Below, piece after piece: positions 9,930 to 19,674 of a stretch of 51,045 nt of DNA (positions are counted from its first letter, which is position 1; each line of letters opens with the position of its first letter). The notes under the pieces are model-generated. The model did not search any database and was not told the DNA's origin. It saw only the letters and a program-made list of their open reading frames with translations. Source of the DNA: an uncultured Lachnospiraceae bacterium. GTDB lineage: Bacteria > Bacillota > Clostridia > Oscillospirales > CAG-272. Both the position numbers and the translations under genes were made by a program. Location of the stretch: contig CAZMWM010000003.1 in the NCBI GenBank assembly GCA_964570105.1, forward strand, positions 1 to 51,045. Reading direction: 5' to 3'.

Positions 9930-11258
9930 TTATTTTTCCGCACCGAAAAACTCCCGAAATCGCTTAAATAAGCCTTTTGGTGCTTCGTTTTTCATCTCCA
10001 CGGCGCCCTCGGTCACGAGCGCGACCTCCCCGACCTTTACTCCGTCTATGTACACGACCGCCACTCCGACCGTATCACCTATACCGAGCGGAGCGTAAAC
10101 GAAGCGCGGATAAAAGCATCTCACCTCCGCCACCTCGTCACCTGCCGTGATAACGCTCAGTTCTTTTTCCGGAAACGAGCGAACAACGGCGCCGTCCGCT
10201 CCCGTCACCGGCACGTCTTTCGCAAGCTCTGACGGCGAAAAAGACGTAAGCTTCAAATGCGAGAAGCCTGCATCATACATACACCTGTGATCGTTCCAAT
10301 CGTCGGATGCGTTCAGCGTCACGCAGATGAGCGTGATGCCACCACGCCTGCACGCTGTCACCAGCGTTCTTCCGCTCGCGACCGTATATCCCGTCTTACC
10401 TCCGAGCATTCCCGGACAGCTGTACAGCAAACGGTTATGATTAGCCACAGGTCGCGGAGAGCCGTTAACGAGTAGCGTTGCTCTGCGAGTTCCCACAAGC
10501 TCCATAAAAGTCTCGTTTTTTATCGCATACGACATAAGCCTTGCATAATCCGTTGCGGTCGTGAAATGTCCGTCACAGCCAAGACCGTGCGGATTACGAA
10601 AATGAGTGTTACTCATTCCGAGTAGCTCGGCTTTGGTATTCATCATCTCAACGAATGCTTCCACGTCGCGTCCTACATACATCGCAAGAGCAACAGCCGC
10701 ATCGTTCGCGCTGGCAAGCATGAGCGCGTACAAAAGATCGAGCACAGTGATCTCATCTCCTGCACTGAGATATACCGAACTGCCCTCGATCCCGACGGCA
10801 TTCGGCGAGACCTTGACGGTAGATGAGATATCCGACACATTCTCGATGACGACTATCGCAGTCATCACCTTGGTGATACTCGCCATAGGCATCCGTTCAT
10901 TTGCGTTTCTGCCATATATCAACCGACCGCCCTCGGTGCACAGCACGGCGCTTTCCGCTGAAACGTAAAGCTCCCCGGCACCAATTAGTGACTTTCCCGA
11001 GCAAAAGCTCCAGCCGTTTTTCTCGGCTTCCTCTTCAGAGACGTAATGCGCCGCGTCCGTAATATCAAACGGCGCTCCGACGGACGTCACGCCACCGTTT
11101 TCCGACACCGAAACGTGCCTGTTTGCGGCGCATCCGCGAGCAAACATTGCGACGAACAGCACCAAAGCGACAAAAACGGCTACGCTCCTGACCGGCAGAC
11201 CGAGACGACCGCCGTGATCTTCACGGCGTGAAAGCCTTCCGTGTTCAGTTCTTATCAT
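9930..11258 (-). CDS. D-alanyl-D-alanine carboxypeptidase (S11, DacB/DacF-like)
   Basis: SITK, SAN and KTG penicillin-binding motifs; NPHGL. Confidence 0.92.
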   Translation of the reverse strand: MIRTEHGRLSRREDHGGRLGLPVRSVAVFVALVLFVAMFARGCAANRHVSVSENGGVTSVGAPFDITDAAHYVSEEEAEKNGWSFCSGKSLIGAGELYVSAESAVLCTEGGRLIYGRNANERMPMASITKVMTAIVVIENVSDISSTVKVSPNAVGIEGSSVYLSAGDEITVLDLLYALMLASANDAAVALAMYVGRDVEAFVEMMNTKAELLGMSNTHFRNPHGLGCDGHFTTATDYARLMSYAIKNETFMELVGTRRATLLVNGSPRPVANHNRLLYSCPGMLGGKTGYTVASGRTLVTACRRGGITLICVTLNASDDWNDHRCMYDAGFSHLKLTSFSPSELAKDVPVTGADGAVVRSFPEKELSVITAGDEVAEVRCFYPRFVYAPLGIGDTVGVAVVYIDGVKVGEVALVTEGAVEMKNEAPKGLFKRFREFFGAEK

Positions 11259-11352
11259 CCGAAACTTCCCCCGAAACTCTACCTTATGGGAAAGTTTATT
11301 CTATCAAGTGATAAAATATGTCCTCACACGGCGATGTATCGGAGAGACATAT

Positions 11353-11829
11353 TTATTTGTTTTCGTTTTCTTCCGCCTCAACGAACACCTTGTCGGCTTT
11401 ATACTCATCCTGCTTGTCCTTCGAAAATACTTCCTTGAGCCTTCTGATTATATCGGGAGACCTCTCAAGTATATCTCCGACCGCCGATATCGGATTTCCG
11501 GCAGTAACAGACGGGGGAGTAACGGAAAGCATGCTGACGTTTCCGTCCGAGGAGACGACAAGAAATCCGACGGGAGAGATGGTAAGTCCCGTACCGCCTC
11601 CGCCACCGAACGAAGGATCGCGGGTTTGGGTGGAGTTATCCGCGTTCTTTTTCTTGTTTCCAAGCTCCACTCCGCCGGAAGCAAATCCGAGCGAAACCTT
11701 GGATACCGGTATTATTACCGTTCCGCCGGCGGTGTTGATAGGCTCTCCCACCACCGTACCCGTTTCGGAAAGCTCCTTGATCTTTTCAAGCGAGGTCTGG
11801 ATGATCTCGTTCAGCTTATTGTCAGTCAT
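11353..11829 (-). CDS. ytfJ: GerW/YtfJ sporulation protein
   Basis: VVGEPI, IIPVSKVSLGFASGG, FGGGGGTG, PVGFLVV. Confidence 0.93.
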   Translation of the reverse strand: MTDNKLNEIIQTSLEKIKELSETGTVVGEPINTAGGTVIIPVSKVSLGFASGGVELGNKKKNADNSTQTRDPSFGGGGGTGLTISPVGFLVVSSDGNVSMLSVTPPSVTAGNPISAVGDILERSPDIIRRLKEVFSKDKQDEYKADKVFVEAEENENK

Positions 11830-11882
11830 TTATTTATATTCCTTTCTGGAAAAATTTATTGACATTATATTCGTAAACAGAG

Positions 11883-12629
11883 CTACGACGCCGAGGCGGT
11901 AGCATTCTCCGTATTCGCGCTCTGCCGATCACCGTCGGCTCTTTCGCCGACCTCGGATGCCTTTTTCGACCTGTATTTGCCCCTTCTGAGATATATCCCA
12001 AACAAAGGCAATGCAAGTGCCACGACCTGCCAAAGGCGTATACTGAATTTAAGATCCACCTCGGCTGTCCACTTATCGGTCGTAAAATCGGGATATATCG
12101 ATACGTAACCGTTCTTAGCAAGGCAGAATCTCGTATTCATTTCTAAAAGGGTGATGAGATATTGAGACGTCTGCACGACCGCACTGTACGTCATCGCAGT
12201 CTTAGCCGCATCGTCGCTCGCAACTCCCACGACGAGCCTTGCGGTCTCAGTCCTCAGATAACGCGGAAATCTCGCAAAGAACGCCTTCAACATATCCGTG
12301 AGCATCGATATAAGTGCCCTGAGGTCGCGTTTGGCTTTTTTATCGCTCTCCGCCTTTTTTTCGGTCCTCTGTTTTTCCAGCCGTTCAAGCTCTTTTTTTC
12401 TCGCTTTTTTCAGCCTGCGCTCAACGCGTCTGCGGAAGGGTTTGATGGAAAAATGCTTTGCGGACGGCGGTCTTTTCTTTTTTCGCGGCAAGAGACGGAG
12501 CCTTATAAACCAAACCTTAACGGATGCGCCGACGTTATCTTTTTCGTACGAAAAACGAAAACGTATCCTCGTCATTGCAAGTCCGAATAGTACGAGTATG
12601 ACCGCAAAGTTGATGATCACCGTCAACAT
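11883..12629 (-). CDS. YtfI-like / DUF2953 protein
   Basis: DDAAKTA and YPDF motifs, N-terminal TM, position upstream of ytfJ. Confidence 0.75.
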   Translation of the reverse strand: MLTVIINFAVILVLFGLAMTRIRFRFSYEKDNVGASVKVWFIRLRLLPRKKKRPPSAKHFSIKPFRRRVERRLKKARKKELERLEKQRTEKKAESDKKAKRDLRALISMLTDMLKAFFARFPRYLRTETARLVVGVASDDAAKTAMTYSAVVQTSQYLITLLEMNTRFCLAKNGYVSIYPDFTTDKWTAEVDLKFSIRLWQVVALALPLFGIYLRRGKYRSKKASEVGERADGDRQSANTENATASAS

Positions 12630-12671
12630 ACGCTCCGACCTCCTTTCACAAGCATTATGACAGCCTTACCG

Positions 12672-13571
12672 TCAACTATTGCCTTCCATCCCGAAAAGAT
12701 CGAGCGACGGCAGTTCTTCAAGCGACGATATCCCGAAGGTGCGGAAAAAGCTCTGTGTCACTCCGAACAGCCTCGGTCGCCCTATGACCTCAAGCCTTCC
12801 GACCTCCTCTATCAATTCACGGTCAAGCAAAACGGTAATAGGGCGCGTACTGTCCACACCTCTGACTTGCTCGATATATGCTCTCGTGACCGGCTGATTG
12901 TATGCTATTATAGCAAGCGTCTCCATAGCCGCGTTACTGAGCTGCGGCTCTCCCTTGATGCCTATCATCTTAGTCACATATTCACCCAGCTCCGGAAGAG
13001 TTGAGAGCTGACAGCATTTTTCATAGCACGTCAACCGTATTCCGCGCGGAAACGCGCCGTTATCGTAGAGCTTGGCGTAGGTCTCTGCGAGCTGCTTCGC
13101 TTCCTTTACCGGGTAACCGATGATCTTTGCGAGCTGATCGTAATATACCTCGTCACCATTAGCGAAAAGTATCGCCTCGAGCACGCTCATCGCTTTTTCG
13201 GAAGAAAGACGCTCTATAACGTTACCGTTTTCGTCAAGTATCGGCTTCGGAGCATTTCGTGAAACGCGATTACGCTTCTGTTTCGGCTTCCGAGGCTTAT
13301 CTCCTTCGGACTCGGTTCCTGCTTTCCCTTCGGCTTCTGCTTCTGCTTCGGCATTTCCCTCGGCATCCGCCGTAGCGTCTCCGCTCGTCGCAGTCTCAAC
13401 GTCCGTAACGCCATTTCCGTCGGAGTCGTCGCCCGTGATATCGACAGGCACACCGTCGTCGCTCTCGGAAGCTTTATCGGAGTCATCCGACACCTCGGCA
13501 TCGGTCACCTCGGTATCATCCTCAGGCACCGTAAGCTCTTCGGTCACGGTTACTTCATCATCGTTAAACAT
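12672..13571 (-). CDS. scpB: Segregation/condensation protein B with long acidic N-terminal extension
   Basis: LEAILFA, LSNAAMETLAIIAYNQPVTRAYIEQVRGV, GRP, FGISSLEELP. Confidence 0.93.
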   Translation of the reverse strand: MFNDDEVTVTEELTVPEDDTEVTDAEVSDDSDKASESDDGVPVDITGDDSDGNGVTDVETATSGDATADAEGNAEAEAEAEGKAGTESEGDKPRKPKQKRNRVSRNAPKPILDENGNVIERLSSEKAMSVLEAILFANGDEVYYDQLAKIIGYPVKEAKQLAETYAKLYDNGAFPRGIRLTCYEKCCQLSTLPELGEYVTKMIGIKGEPQLSNAAMETLAIIAYNQPVTRAYIEQVRGVDSTRPITVLLDRELIEEVGRLEVIGRPRLFGVTQSFFRTFGISSLEELPSLDLFGMEGNS

Positions 13572-13634
13572 CGGTAATTACACTTCCTGTAAAAAATTAT
13601 AGATATGACCGCAGGGCACAGTATACATTAGCGG

Positions 13635-14390
13635 TCAATCCCACGCTTCCCTGTCGGCATTTTCGTTTTTCACGCTGTGCGAGAGATTAAGTATGAGCGT
13701 CGGATTTTCGTAATCGCCGCCGAGAAAGACGCGTTGAAATTTCACAAGCTCAAGCACCGCCGCAAAGGTTGCGACCAGATCCGAGCGCGTTTCATTATTA
13801 AGCAGTATACGTTCAAAATCAGTCTCGCCGTAACGGTACAGATAACGCATGACCGACACTACCTTTTCGGGTATCGGAGTAACTCTGTTCTTAAGAAGAT
13901 TTTCAAGCGTACGTTCCGGAGCGCGTTGCTGTATATCCTTCATCACCTTGCCGCGTGCAAGCATACGTCTGAAGGCTCGCTCGAGGACCTTAAGCTCGTA
14001 GTGCAACGGTATACCCACCTCAGGCTCCTGAGGCTCACGGTAGCACGCTCCGCCGTTCTGCGTCATCTGTTCCCTGAGATATCCGGCGGCATTTTTCGCC
14101 TTTGCATACTCCATCACCGCGATCTGCAAGCGTCTCACGGGAGACTCCTCTTCCGCGGCTCTCGGCAGCATCATCTGACTCTTTATGAGCATAAGCTCGG
14201 CAGCCATCGTAATGAACTCTCCGGCGATGTCGATATCCATACGCTCCATAGCGTCGATATACTCCATATATTGATCGAAAATAACGTGTATCTGGATATT
14301 GCAGATATCCATCTCATTCTTTTTTATCAGCGAAAGCAAAAGATCGAGCGGTCCTTCAAAGCTCTCCACTGTAAAGCTCAACTGTTCCAT
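13635..14390 (-). CDS. scpA: Segregation/condensation protein A
   Basis: FEGPLDLLLSLI, MAAELMLIKS, VATFAAVLEL. Confidence 0.95.
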   Translation of the reverse strand: MEQLSFTVESFEGPLDLLLSLIKKNEMDICNIQIHVIFDQYMEYIDAMERMDIDIAGEFITMAAELMLIKSQMMLPRAAEEESPVRRLQIAVMEYAKAKNAAGYLREQMTQNGGACYREPQEPEVGIPLHYELKVLERAFRRMLARGKVMKDIQQRAPERTLENLLKNRVTPIPEKVVSVMRYLYRYGETDFERILLNNETRSDLVATFAAVLELVKFQRVFLGGDYENPTLILNLSHSVKNENADREAWD

Positions 14391-14402
14391 AGAAGCCCCA
14401 TT

Positions 14403-15152
14403 TCAATAAAGTTCAACGTCACTCAGTTCATCAGTCTCAAAAGCGCATCCATGATCGCGGTCACGGCAGTCGATATTCCGTTCATGATCAAGTCGGGAAC
14501 GTATTCCAAAAACGGATCTAAGGCGCCAAACCAAAGCAAGGCAAGCATCACGAGCATTATGATGCGCTCGTGTTTCATTGACCGAAAAATAATGCTTATC
14601 CGGAAGGACTGCATAAAGCACTCGGGAGCCGTCGAGGGGCGGCACGGGAATAAGATTGAATACCGCAAGCAAAATATTGTAGTATCCGATGATATAGAGC
14701 AACTGAGCAACGATTATATACAGCTGATCGGGAATGCTTGCGATAAACGGAATGACCGATGCTACAGCCGGATTTTGGGCAAACCACAGCATGAAAGAAA
14801 ACGAAACGAAGGAGCCGACACCGATAACGGCGTTGATCGCTGGACCGGCAAGACCGCAGAGCGCCATCCCCTTTTTAGGATCCTTGTAATACCTCGGATC
14901 GATCGGCACCGGCTTTGCCCAACCGAAGCCGAAAAGCAACATACACACAGTACCGATGGGATGAAGATGGCTGAACGGATTTAAAGTGAGCCTTCCGGCT
15001 TGCTTTGCGGTCGGATCGCCCAAGGAATAGCTCGCCAATGCATGGGCATATTCGTGTATTCCGAGGCTCAGGAGCACCACTGCCGGCAAAAACAGCAGAA
15101 GAAACACCTTGGTAAGAACGTCAAGCTGCGAATACAAGATATCAAGTATCAT
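14403..15152 (-). CDS. Site-2 protease (M50 family), apparently frameshifted near 14580
   Basis: HEYAH and NLIPVPPLDG motifs; the expected hydrophobic tail (MKHERIIMLVMLALLWFG...) is in another frame ending at 14423. Confidence 0.85.
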   Translation of the reverse strand: MILDILYSQLDVLTKVFLLLFLPAVVLLSLGIHEYAHALASYSLGDPTAKQAGRLTLNPFSHLHPIGTVCMLLFGFGWAKPVPIDPRYYKDPKKGMALCGLAGPAINAVIGVGSFVSFSFMLWFAQNPAVASVIPFIASIPDQLYIIVAQLLYIIGYYNILLAVFNLIPVPPLDGSRVLYAVLPDKHYFSVNETRAHHNARDACLALVWRLRSVFGIRSRLDHERNIDCRDRDHGCAFETDELSDVELY

Positions 15153-16446
15153 TTCTTACCAGATCCTCAAAGCTCTCTCTTCTTACGGCAACGTACGGTC
15201 TACCCTCGCTTATCATAACGACAGGAGGTCTCGGAATGCGGTTATAATTCGACGCCATAGAGTAATTATACGCTCCCGTCACCTCGACCGCCAGAATATC
15301 ACCCTTCTTTACAGGCTGTATAGTTACGTTTTCGGCAAGGAGATCTCCGCTCTCACAGCATCTTCCCGCAACCGAGCAGGTATAGCTCGGAGTCACATTC
15401 GCCCGATCGGCTACCGTAAATTCATATTGCGACTGATACAGCGCATATCTCGGATTATCCGGCATACCCCCGTCGACAGAAACGTAATTCTTAAGCTCCG
15501 GGATATTTTTGACGCTACCGACGGTGTAAAGCGTAAGACCGGCGGCACCGACTATTGAACGCCCCGGCTCAAGTATTATTTTGGGAAACTTGATACCCTT
15601 GGCGGCACATTCTCCTTTGACTGTAACCGCAAGCTTCTCTATCGCCGCGGCGTAATCAAAATACGGATGCTCTTTTACGTACCTAACGCCAAATCCCCCT
15701 CCAAGGTTAAGTTCGGATGCTTCAAAACCGTATTTGGCTCTCATATCCGCCATAAAATCTATCATTATGACGGCGGCATCCGAAAACGGCTGTATATCGA
15801 ATATCTGACTGCCGATATGACAGTGATATCCGCAAAGCTCAACGTTTTTACAGTTCAAAGCCAGCTTTACAATACCCTCAGCCTGTCCTGTGGCAATAGC
15901 CGAGCCGAATTTTGAATCCACACGCCCCGTAACGACAGACTTATGCGTATGAGGATCGATACCGGGAGTGATCCTCAGCAGTATCTTTTGGATAACGCCC
16001 ATCTCACCGGCTATACGCTCGAGCGCCTCAAGCTCATCCGTATTGTCCACCACAAAGCGTCCGACACCGAGAGATATCGCGTATCGGATATCCGCGTCGG
16101 TCTTATTGTTGCCGTGGAAGAAAACGCAGCTCATATCAAAGCCTACCGCGGCGGCGGTATATAATTCTCCCGAGGAAACGGCGTCACTCCCAAGCCCCTC
16201 CTCGCGTATTATCTCGTATATCCTTTTAAAGCTCAGCACCTTCGAGGCAAAGCAAGGAAAGGAGCCGTTTCCGAAATTATCCTCCAGCGCCTTCTTATAC
16301 ACGCGGCACTGACGGCGTATCGCACCCTCATCCAAAAGCATGAGGGGAGTCCCGTATTCCCTTGCAAGCTCGAGCGTATCGATGCCGGCAAATGTCAGAT
16401 GTCCTGCCGAATTGACGCCGCAGGAGTCTGTCACGAACGTATTCAT
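15142..16446 (-). CDS. lysA: Diaminopimelate decarboxylase
   Basis: FASK (PLP Lys), HCHIGSQI, EPGRS, CESGD, GAYNYSMASNYN; start likely ATG 16446. Confidence 0.95.
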   Translation of the reverse strand: MNTFVTDSCGVNSAGHLTFAGIDTLELAREYGTPLMLLDEGAIRRQCRVYKKALEDNFGNGSFPCFASKVLSFKRIYEIIREEGLGSDAVSSGELYTAAAVGFDMSCVFFHGNNKTDADIRYAISLGVGRFVVDNTDELEALERIAGEMGVIQKILLRITPGIDPHTHKSVVTGRVDSKFGSAIATGQAEGIVKLALNCKNVELCGYHCHIGSQIFDIQPFSDAAVIMIDFMADMRAKYGFEASELNLGGGFGVRYVKEHPYFDYAAAIEKLAVTVKGECAAKGIKFPKIILEPGRSIVGAAGLTLYTVGSVKNIPELKNYVSVDGGMPDNPRYALYQSQYEFTVADRANVTPSYTCSVAGRCCESGDLLAENVTIQPVKKGDILAVEVTGAYNYSMASNYNRIPRPPVVMISEGRPYVAVRRESFEDLVRNDT

Positions 16447-16500
16447 TGTAATGATCTCCATTCTGCCGATATAGCTCGGCGCTTTGATCAAGCGAGAGGC

Positions 16501-17094
16501 TCAGCGAGCACCTAAGGTCTTGAATATCCTCGTCCAGACCTCATCTCTGCCTTCTCCGGTCTGCGAGGAGAACGGAATAACGTCCACGCCGTCCACCAAG
16601 TCATTGAGCCTCCTTAGCGAGAGCGCACGTTCCGTTTTGTTGAGCTTATCCGCCTTGGTCGCGACTATGAACCAATCGTCCACCGAACGGCTGAGCCAAT
16701 CCATCATAGTGATATCATCCTCGGTCGGTCCGACTTTAAGATCTATCAGCTGTGCGACAGACCTCAGCTTTCCGTGCGAGCCGTCTCGGGTATAATACCC
16801 GTCGGTCAGCTCCGACCATTGCTTTTTTTGCTCCGGACTGCGTTTGGCGTATCCGTATCCGGGCATATCCACGAGATACAGTCTGCCGTCAACGGAATAA
16901 AAATTGACTGTCACGGTCTTTCCGGGGGCGGAGCTTACACGAGCAAGCGCTTTTCTGCCGATCAAAGTATTGATAAGCGAGCTTTTGCCGACATTCGAAC
17001 GACCGCTGAGCGCTATCTGCGCCAAGCCGTCGAACGGAAATTGAGAACTGCGCCCTGCCGTCACGGCAAGCTCGACCTTTTTAATACAATTCAT
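16501..17094 (-). CDS. engB: Ribosome biogenesis GTPase EngB/YsxC
   Basis: GRSNVGKSS, DMPGYG, TKADK; follows lon. Confidence 0.95.
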   Translation of the reverse strand: MNCIKKVELAVTAGRSSQFPFDGLAQIALSGRSNVGKSSLINTLIGRKALARVSSAPGKTVTVNFYSVDGRLYLVDMPGYGYAKRSPEQKKQWSELTDGYYTRDGSHGKLRSVAQLIDLKVGPTEDDITMMDWLSRSVDDWFIVATKADKLNKTERALSLRRLNDLVDGVDVIPFSSQTGEGRDEVWTRIFKTLGAR

Positions 17095-17142
17095 ACCGAT
17101 AGCTCCTCCTTCCAAACCACGGGGCTGATATCCGCAAGGAGC

Positions 17143-19479
17143 TTACGGCACCAACGCATTTTTAAGCACATCTCCGACCATACGGCACGGAACGAACTCA
17201 AGTCTTTCCTTGACGTACGGATCGATATCATTAAGATCCTTACTGTTATCCTCCGGTATCAGCACCGTCTTTACTCCGGCTTTATAAGCCGCCATTGTCT
17301 TTTCTTTAAGCCCACCGATAGGCAATATCCTACCTCGCAGTGTGACCTCACCGGTCATAGCCACGTCGTTTTTTACCGGCCTTCCGGAAAGCTCGCTCAC
17401 GAGCGCACACACCATAGTCACCCCCGCAGACGGTCCGTCCTTCGGCACCGCGCCCTCGGGAAAATGAAAATGTATATCCTTGTCCTTGTAAAAACGACCG
17501 TCTATCTCAAGCTCCTCGGCATGAGAACGTATGTAAGTGACCGCAGTCTTGGCAGACTCCTTCATAACATCCCCGAGCGAGCCTGTCAGCTCGACCTTTC
17601 CGCTACCGGGCATAGCGGCTACCTCGACCTTGAGAAGCGAGCCTCCAAGCTCGGTATAAGCCAGCCCGTTAACGACACCCACTTCGTCCTCATCATATAT
17701 GCGCTCCGGTATAAACCTTTCCGCGCCAATGAACGACTGCACGTTTTTAGCAGTTATCTCGACCTGCTCTTCTCCTTCGAGCAATCGTTCTGCGACCTTG
17801 CGGCAGACCGCGGCGATCTCTCGCTCAAGTCCTCTTACTCCTGCCTCGTGAGTATATCCGTTTATTATGGTTTTTACCGCACCTTCGTTGATCTTTAACT
17901 GCTTTTTCGTCATTCCGTGCTTAGCGAGCTGTTTCGGTATAAGGTGATGCTTGGCTATGCTCAGCTTTTCCTGAGCGGAATAGCTCTTCAGCTCTATGAT
18001 CTCCATTCTGTCCAAAAGCGGACGCGGAACGGTCTCGAGCGTGTTTGCGGTCGCAATGAACATAACTCCGGAAAGATCCGTCTCGACCTCCATAAAATGA
18101 TCCCTGAAGGTCTTGTTCTGTTCCGCGTCCAACACTTCCATAAGAGCCGACGCCGGATCCCCGTGAGCATCGCGCGTCAGTTTATCTATCTCGTCAAGAA
18201 GCATCAGCGGATTTTTCGAGCCGGCTTTGATAAGCCCGCTGACGATACGACCGGGCATAGCTCCGACGTATGTTTTTCTGTGTCCTCTGATATCGGCTTC
18301 ATCCCGCACTCCGCCGAGCGATACTCTTACGTAATTGCGACCGACCGCTTCAGCCACCGATCGTGCTATAGACGTCTTACCGGTACCGGGAGGTCCGACA
18401 AGACAAATGATCTGATTGCCAAGCCCGGGCGAAAGCTGTCTCACGGCAAGATATTCTATTATCCGTTCCTTGACCTTATCCAGCCCGTCGTGGTCGCGAT
18501 CCAATATCTTTTTCGCAAGCTTGATATCCGTCCGGTCATCCGTCGCGTTGCTCCAAGGAAAGTCAAGACAAACATCAAGATAGTTGCACGTAACTCCGTA
18601 TTCCACAGAGCTGAAAGGCATCCTTTTGAGCTTCTGCGCCTCTTTTTTCAGCTTATCGGCGACATCATCGGGCGCCCCTGACGCTTCTATGCGCTTTATA
18701 TATTCATCAGCCTCGGCTTCAACATCCGAACCTTCACCAAGCTCCTCGCGTATAGCGTGCAGCTGTTCGGTAAGATAATAGTCTCTTTGGTTTTTATCTA
18801 CCCTTTTTTTGACCTCGCGTCTCAGCTTGCTTTGGAGCACGAGCAACTCAAGCGACTCATTCATCATAACGAGAAATGTATTCATTCTGGCTACCGGATC
18901 CACCTCGGACAGTATCTTGAGCTTTTCGCCGTAATTCCAAAGCAGACTTGCCGCGGCTCTGTCCGCGTATGCCCCGATGTCGGTAATACTTTCAAGCTCG
19001 TCCTTCAGCCCCTTGGCTTCGCTCGGCATATACTTTATGTACTCCGCTACAAGAGAGTTCGCCTCACGGAGCATCGCTTTCGCCTCGACAAGCTCACCGT
19101 CCACGGCTATACACCTCACGATGGCTCTTCCGTATCCCTTGCTTTCCGATACCTCCACAAGCTCCGCTCTTTCGTAACCTATCAACAAGGCTCTGTATCT
19201 GCCATCGGAAAGACGGATGAGCTGTTGGACCAGCGCAAGCGTTGCCATTCCTCGACCGAAATCACCTTCGGTATGCTCATCTTCTCCGTCTGCATCCGTA
19301 TCCATTGGCAACGCAAGCACCGATGCTCCGGAAACGTGCACCCTCTTCATCTCTTTGATCTTGACGTCATCGTTTACTATTTCAACGCTTATCGACATCC
19401 CCGGCAACAGCACCGTTTTTTTCAACGGAACAATAAGATACTCGGACAACTCGGCTGTCTCGTAATAACTCGGTTTCAT
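17143..19479 (-). CDS. lon: ATP-dependent Lon protease
   Basis: GPPGTGKT, RKTYVGAMPG, DEIDK, catalytic PKDGPSAG and IGGLKEK. Confidence 0.97.
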   Translation of the reverse strand: MKPSYYETAELSEYLIVPLKKTVLLPGMSISVEIVNDDVKIKEMKRVHVSGASVLALPMDTDADGEDEHTEGDFGRGMATLALVQQLIRLSDGRYRALLIGYERAELVEVSESKGYGRAIVRCIAVDGELVEAKAMLREANSLVAEYIKYMPSEAKGLKDELESITDIGAYADRAAASLLWNYGEKLKILSEVDPVARMNTFLVMMNESLELLVLQSKLRREVKKRVDKNQRDYYLTEQLHAIREELGEGSDVEAEADEYIKRIEASGAPDDVADKLKKEAQKLKRMPFSSVEYGVTCNYLDVCLDFPWSNATDDRTDIKLAKKILDRDHDGLDKVKERIIEYLAVRQLSPGLGNQIICLVGPPGTGKTSIARSVAEAVGRNYVRVSLGGVRDEADIRGHRKTYVGAMPGRIVSGLIKAGSKNPLMLLDEIDKLTRDAHGDPASALMEVLDAEQNKTFRDHFMEVETDLSGVMFIATANTLETVPRPLLDRMEIIELKSYSAQEKLSIAKHHLIPKQLAKHGMTKKQLKINEGAVKTIINGYTHEAGVRGLEREIAAVCRKVAERLLEGEEQVEITAKNVQSFIGAERFIPERIYDEDEVGVVNGLAYTELGGSLLKVEVAAMPGSGKVELTGSLGDVMKESAKTAVTYIRSHAEELEIDGRFYKDKDIHFHFPEGAVPKDGPSAGVTMVCALVSELSGRPVKNDVAMTGEVTLRGRILPIGGLKEKTMAAYKAGVKTVLIPEDNSKDLNDIDPYVKERLEFVPCRMVGDVLKNALVP

Positions 19480-19598
19480 TATGTATCTCAGTCAAACTCC
19501 TTAAAACAATCGTATCTCGTTTTATTGTATCACAAAAAAGCACCTCATTCAAACCGCAACTTGAAGCATTCTGTAAACTTTCTGTATATATTATGGAA

Positions 19599-19636
19599 GA
19601 TAACGGCGTTCCGTCAAAAAACGGAACGCCGTTATC
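19599..19636 (-). terminator. Stem-loop downstream of the 19675-20658 gene
   Basis: 16-bp perfect inverted repeat GATAACGGCGTTCCGT/ACGGAACGCCGTTATC. Confidence 0.7.
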
Positions 19637-19674
19637 ATATCTGATTTTGATCTGTTTTTGATCACAACTCCGCG

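Noticed and set aside
13677-19644. Long antisense ORFs over scpA, M50 protease, lysA, engB and lon
   Set aside because: No recognisable domains; fully overlap well-supported genes
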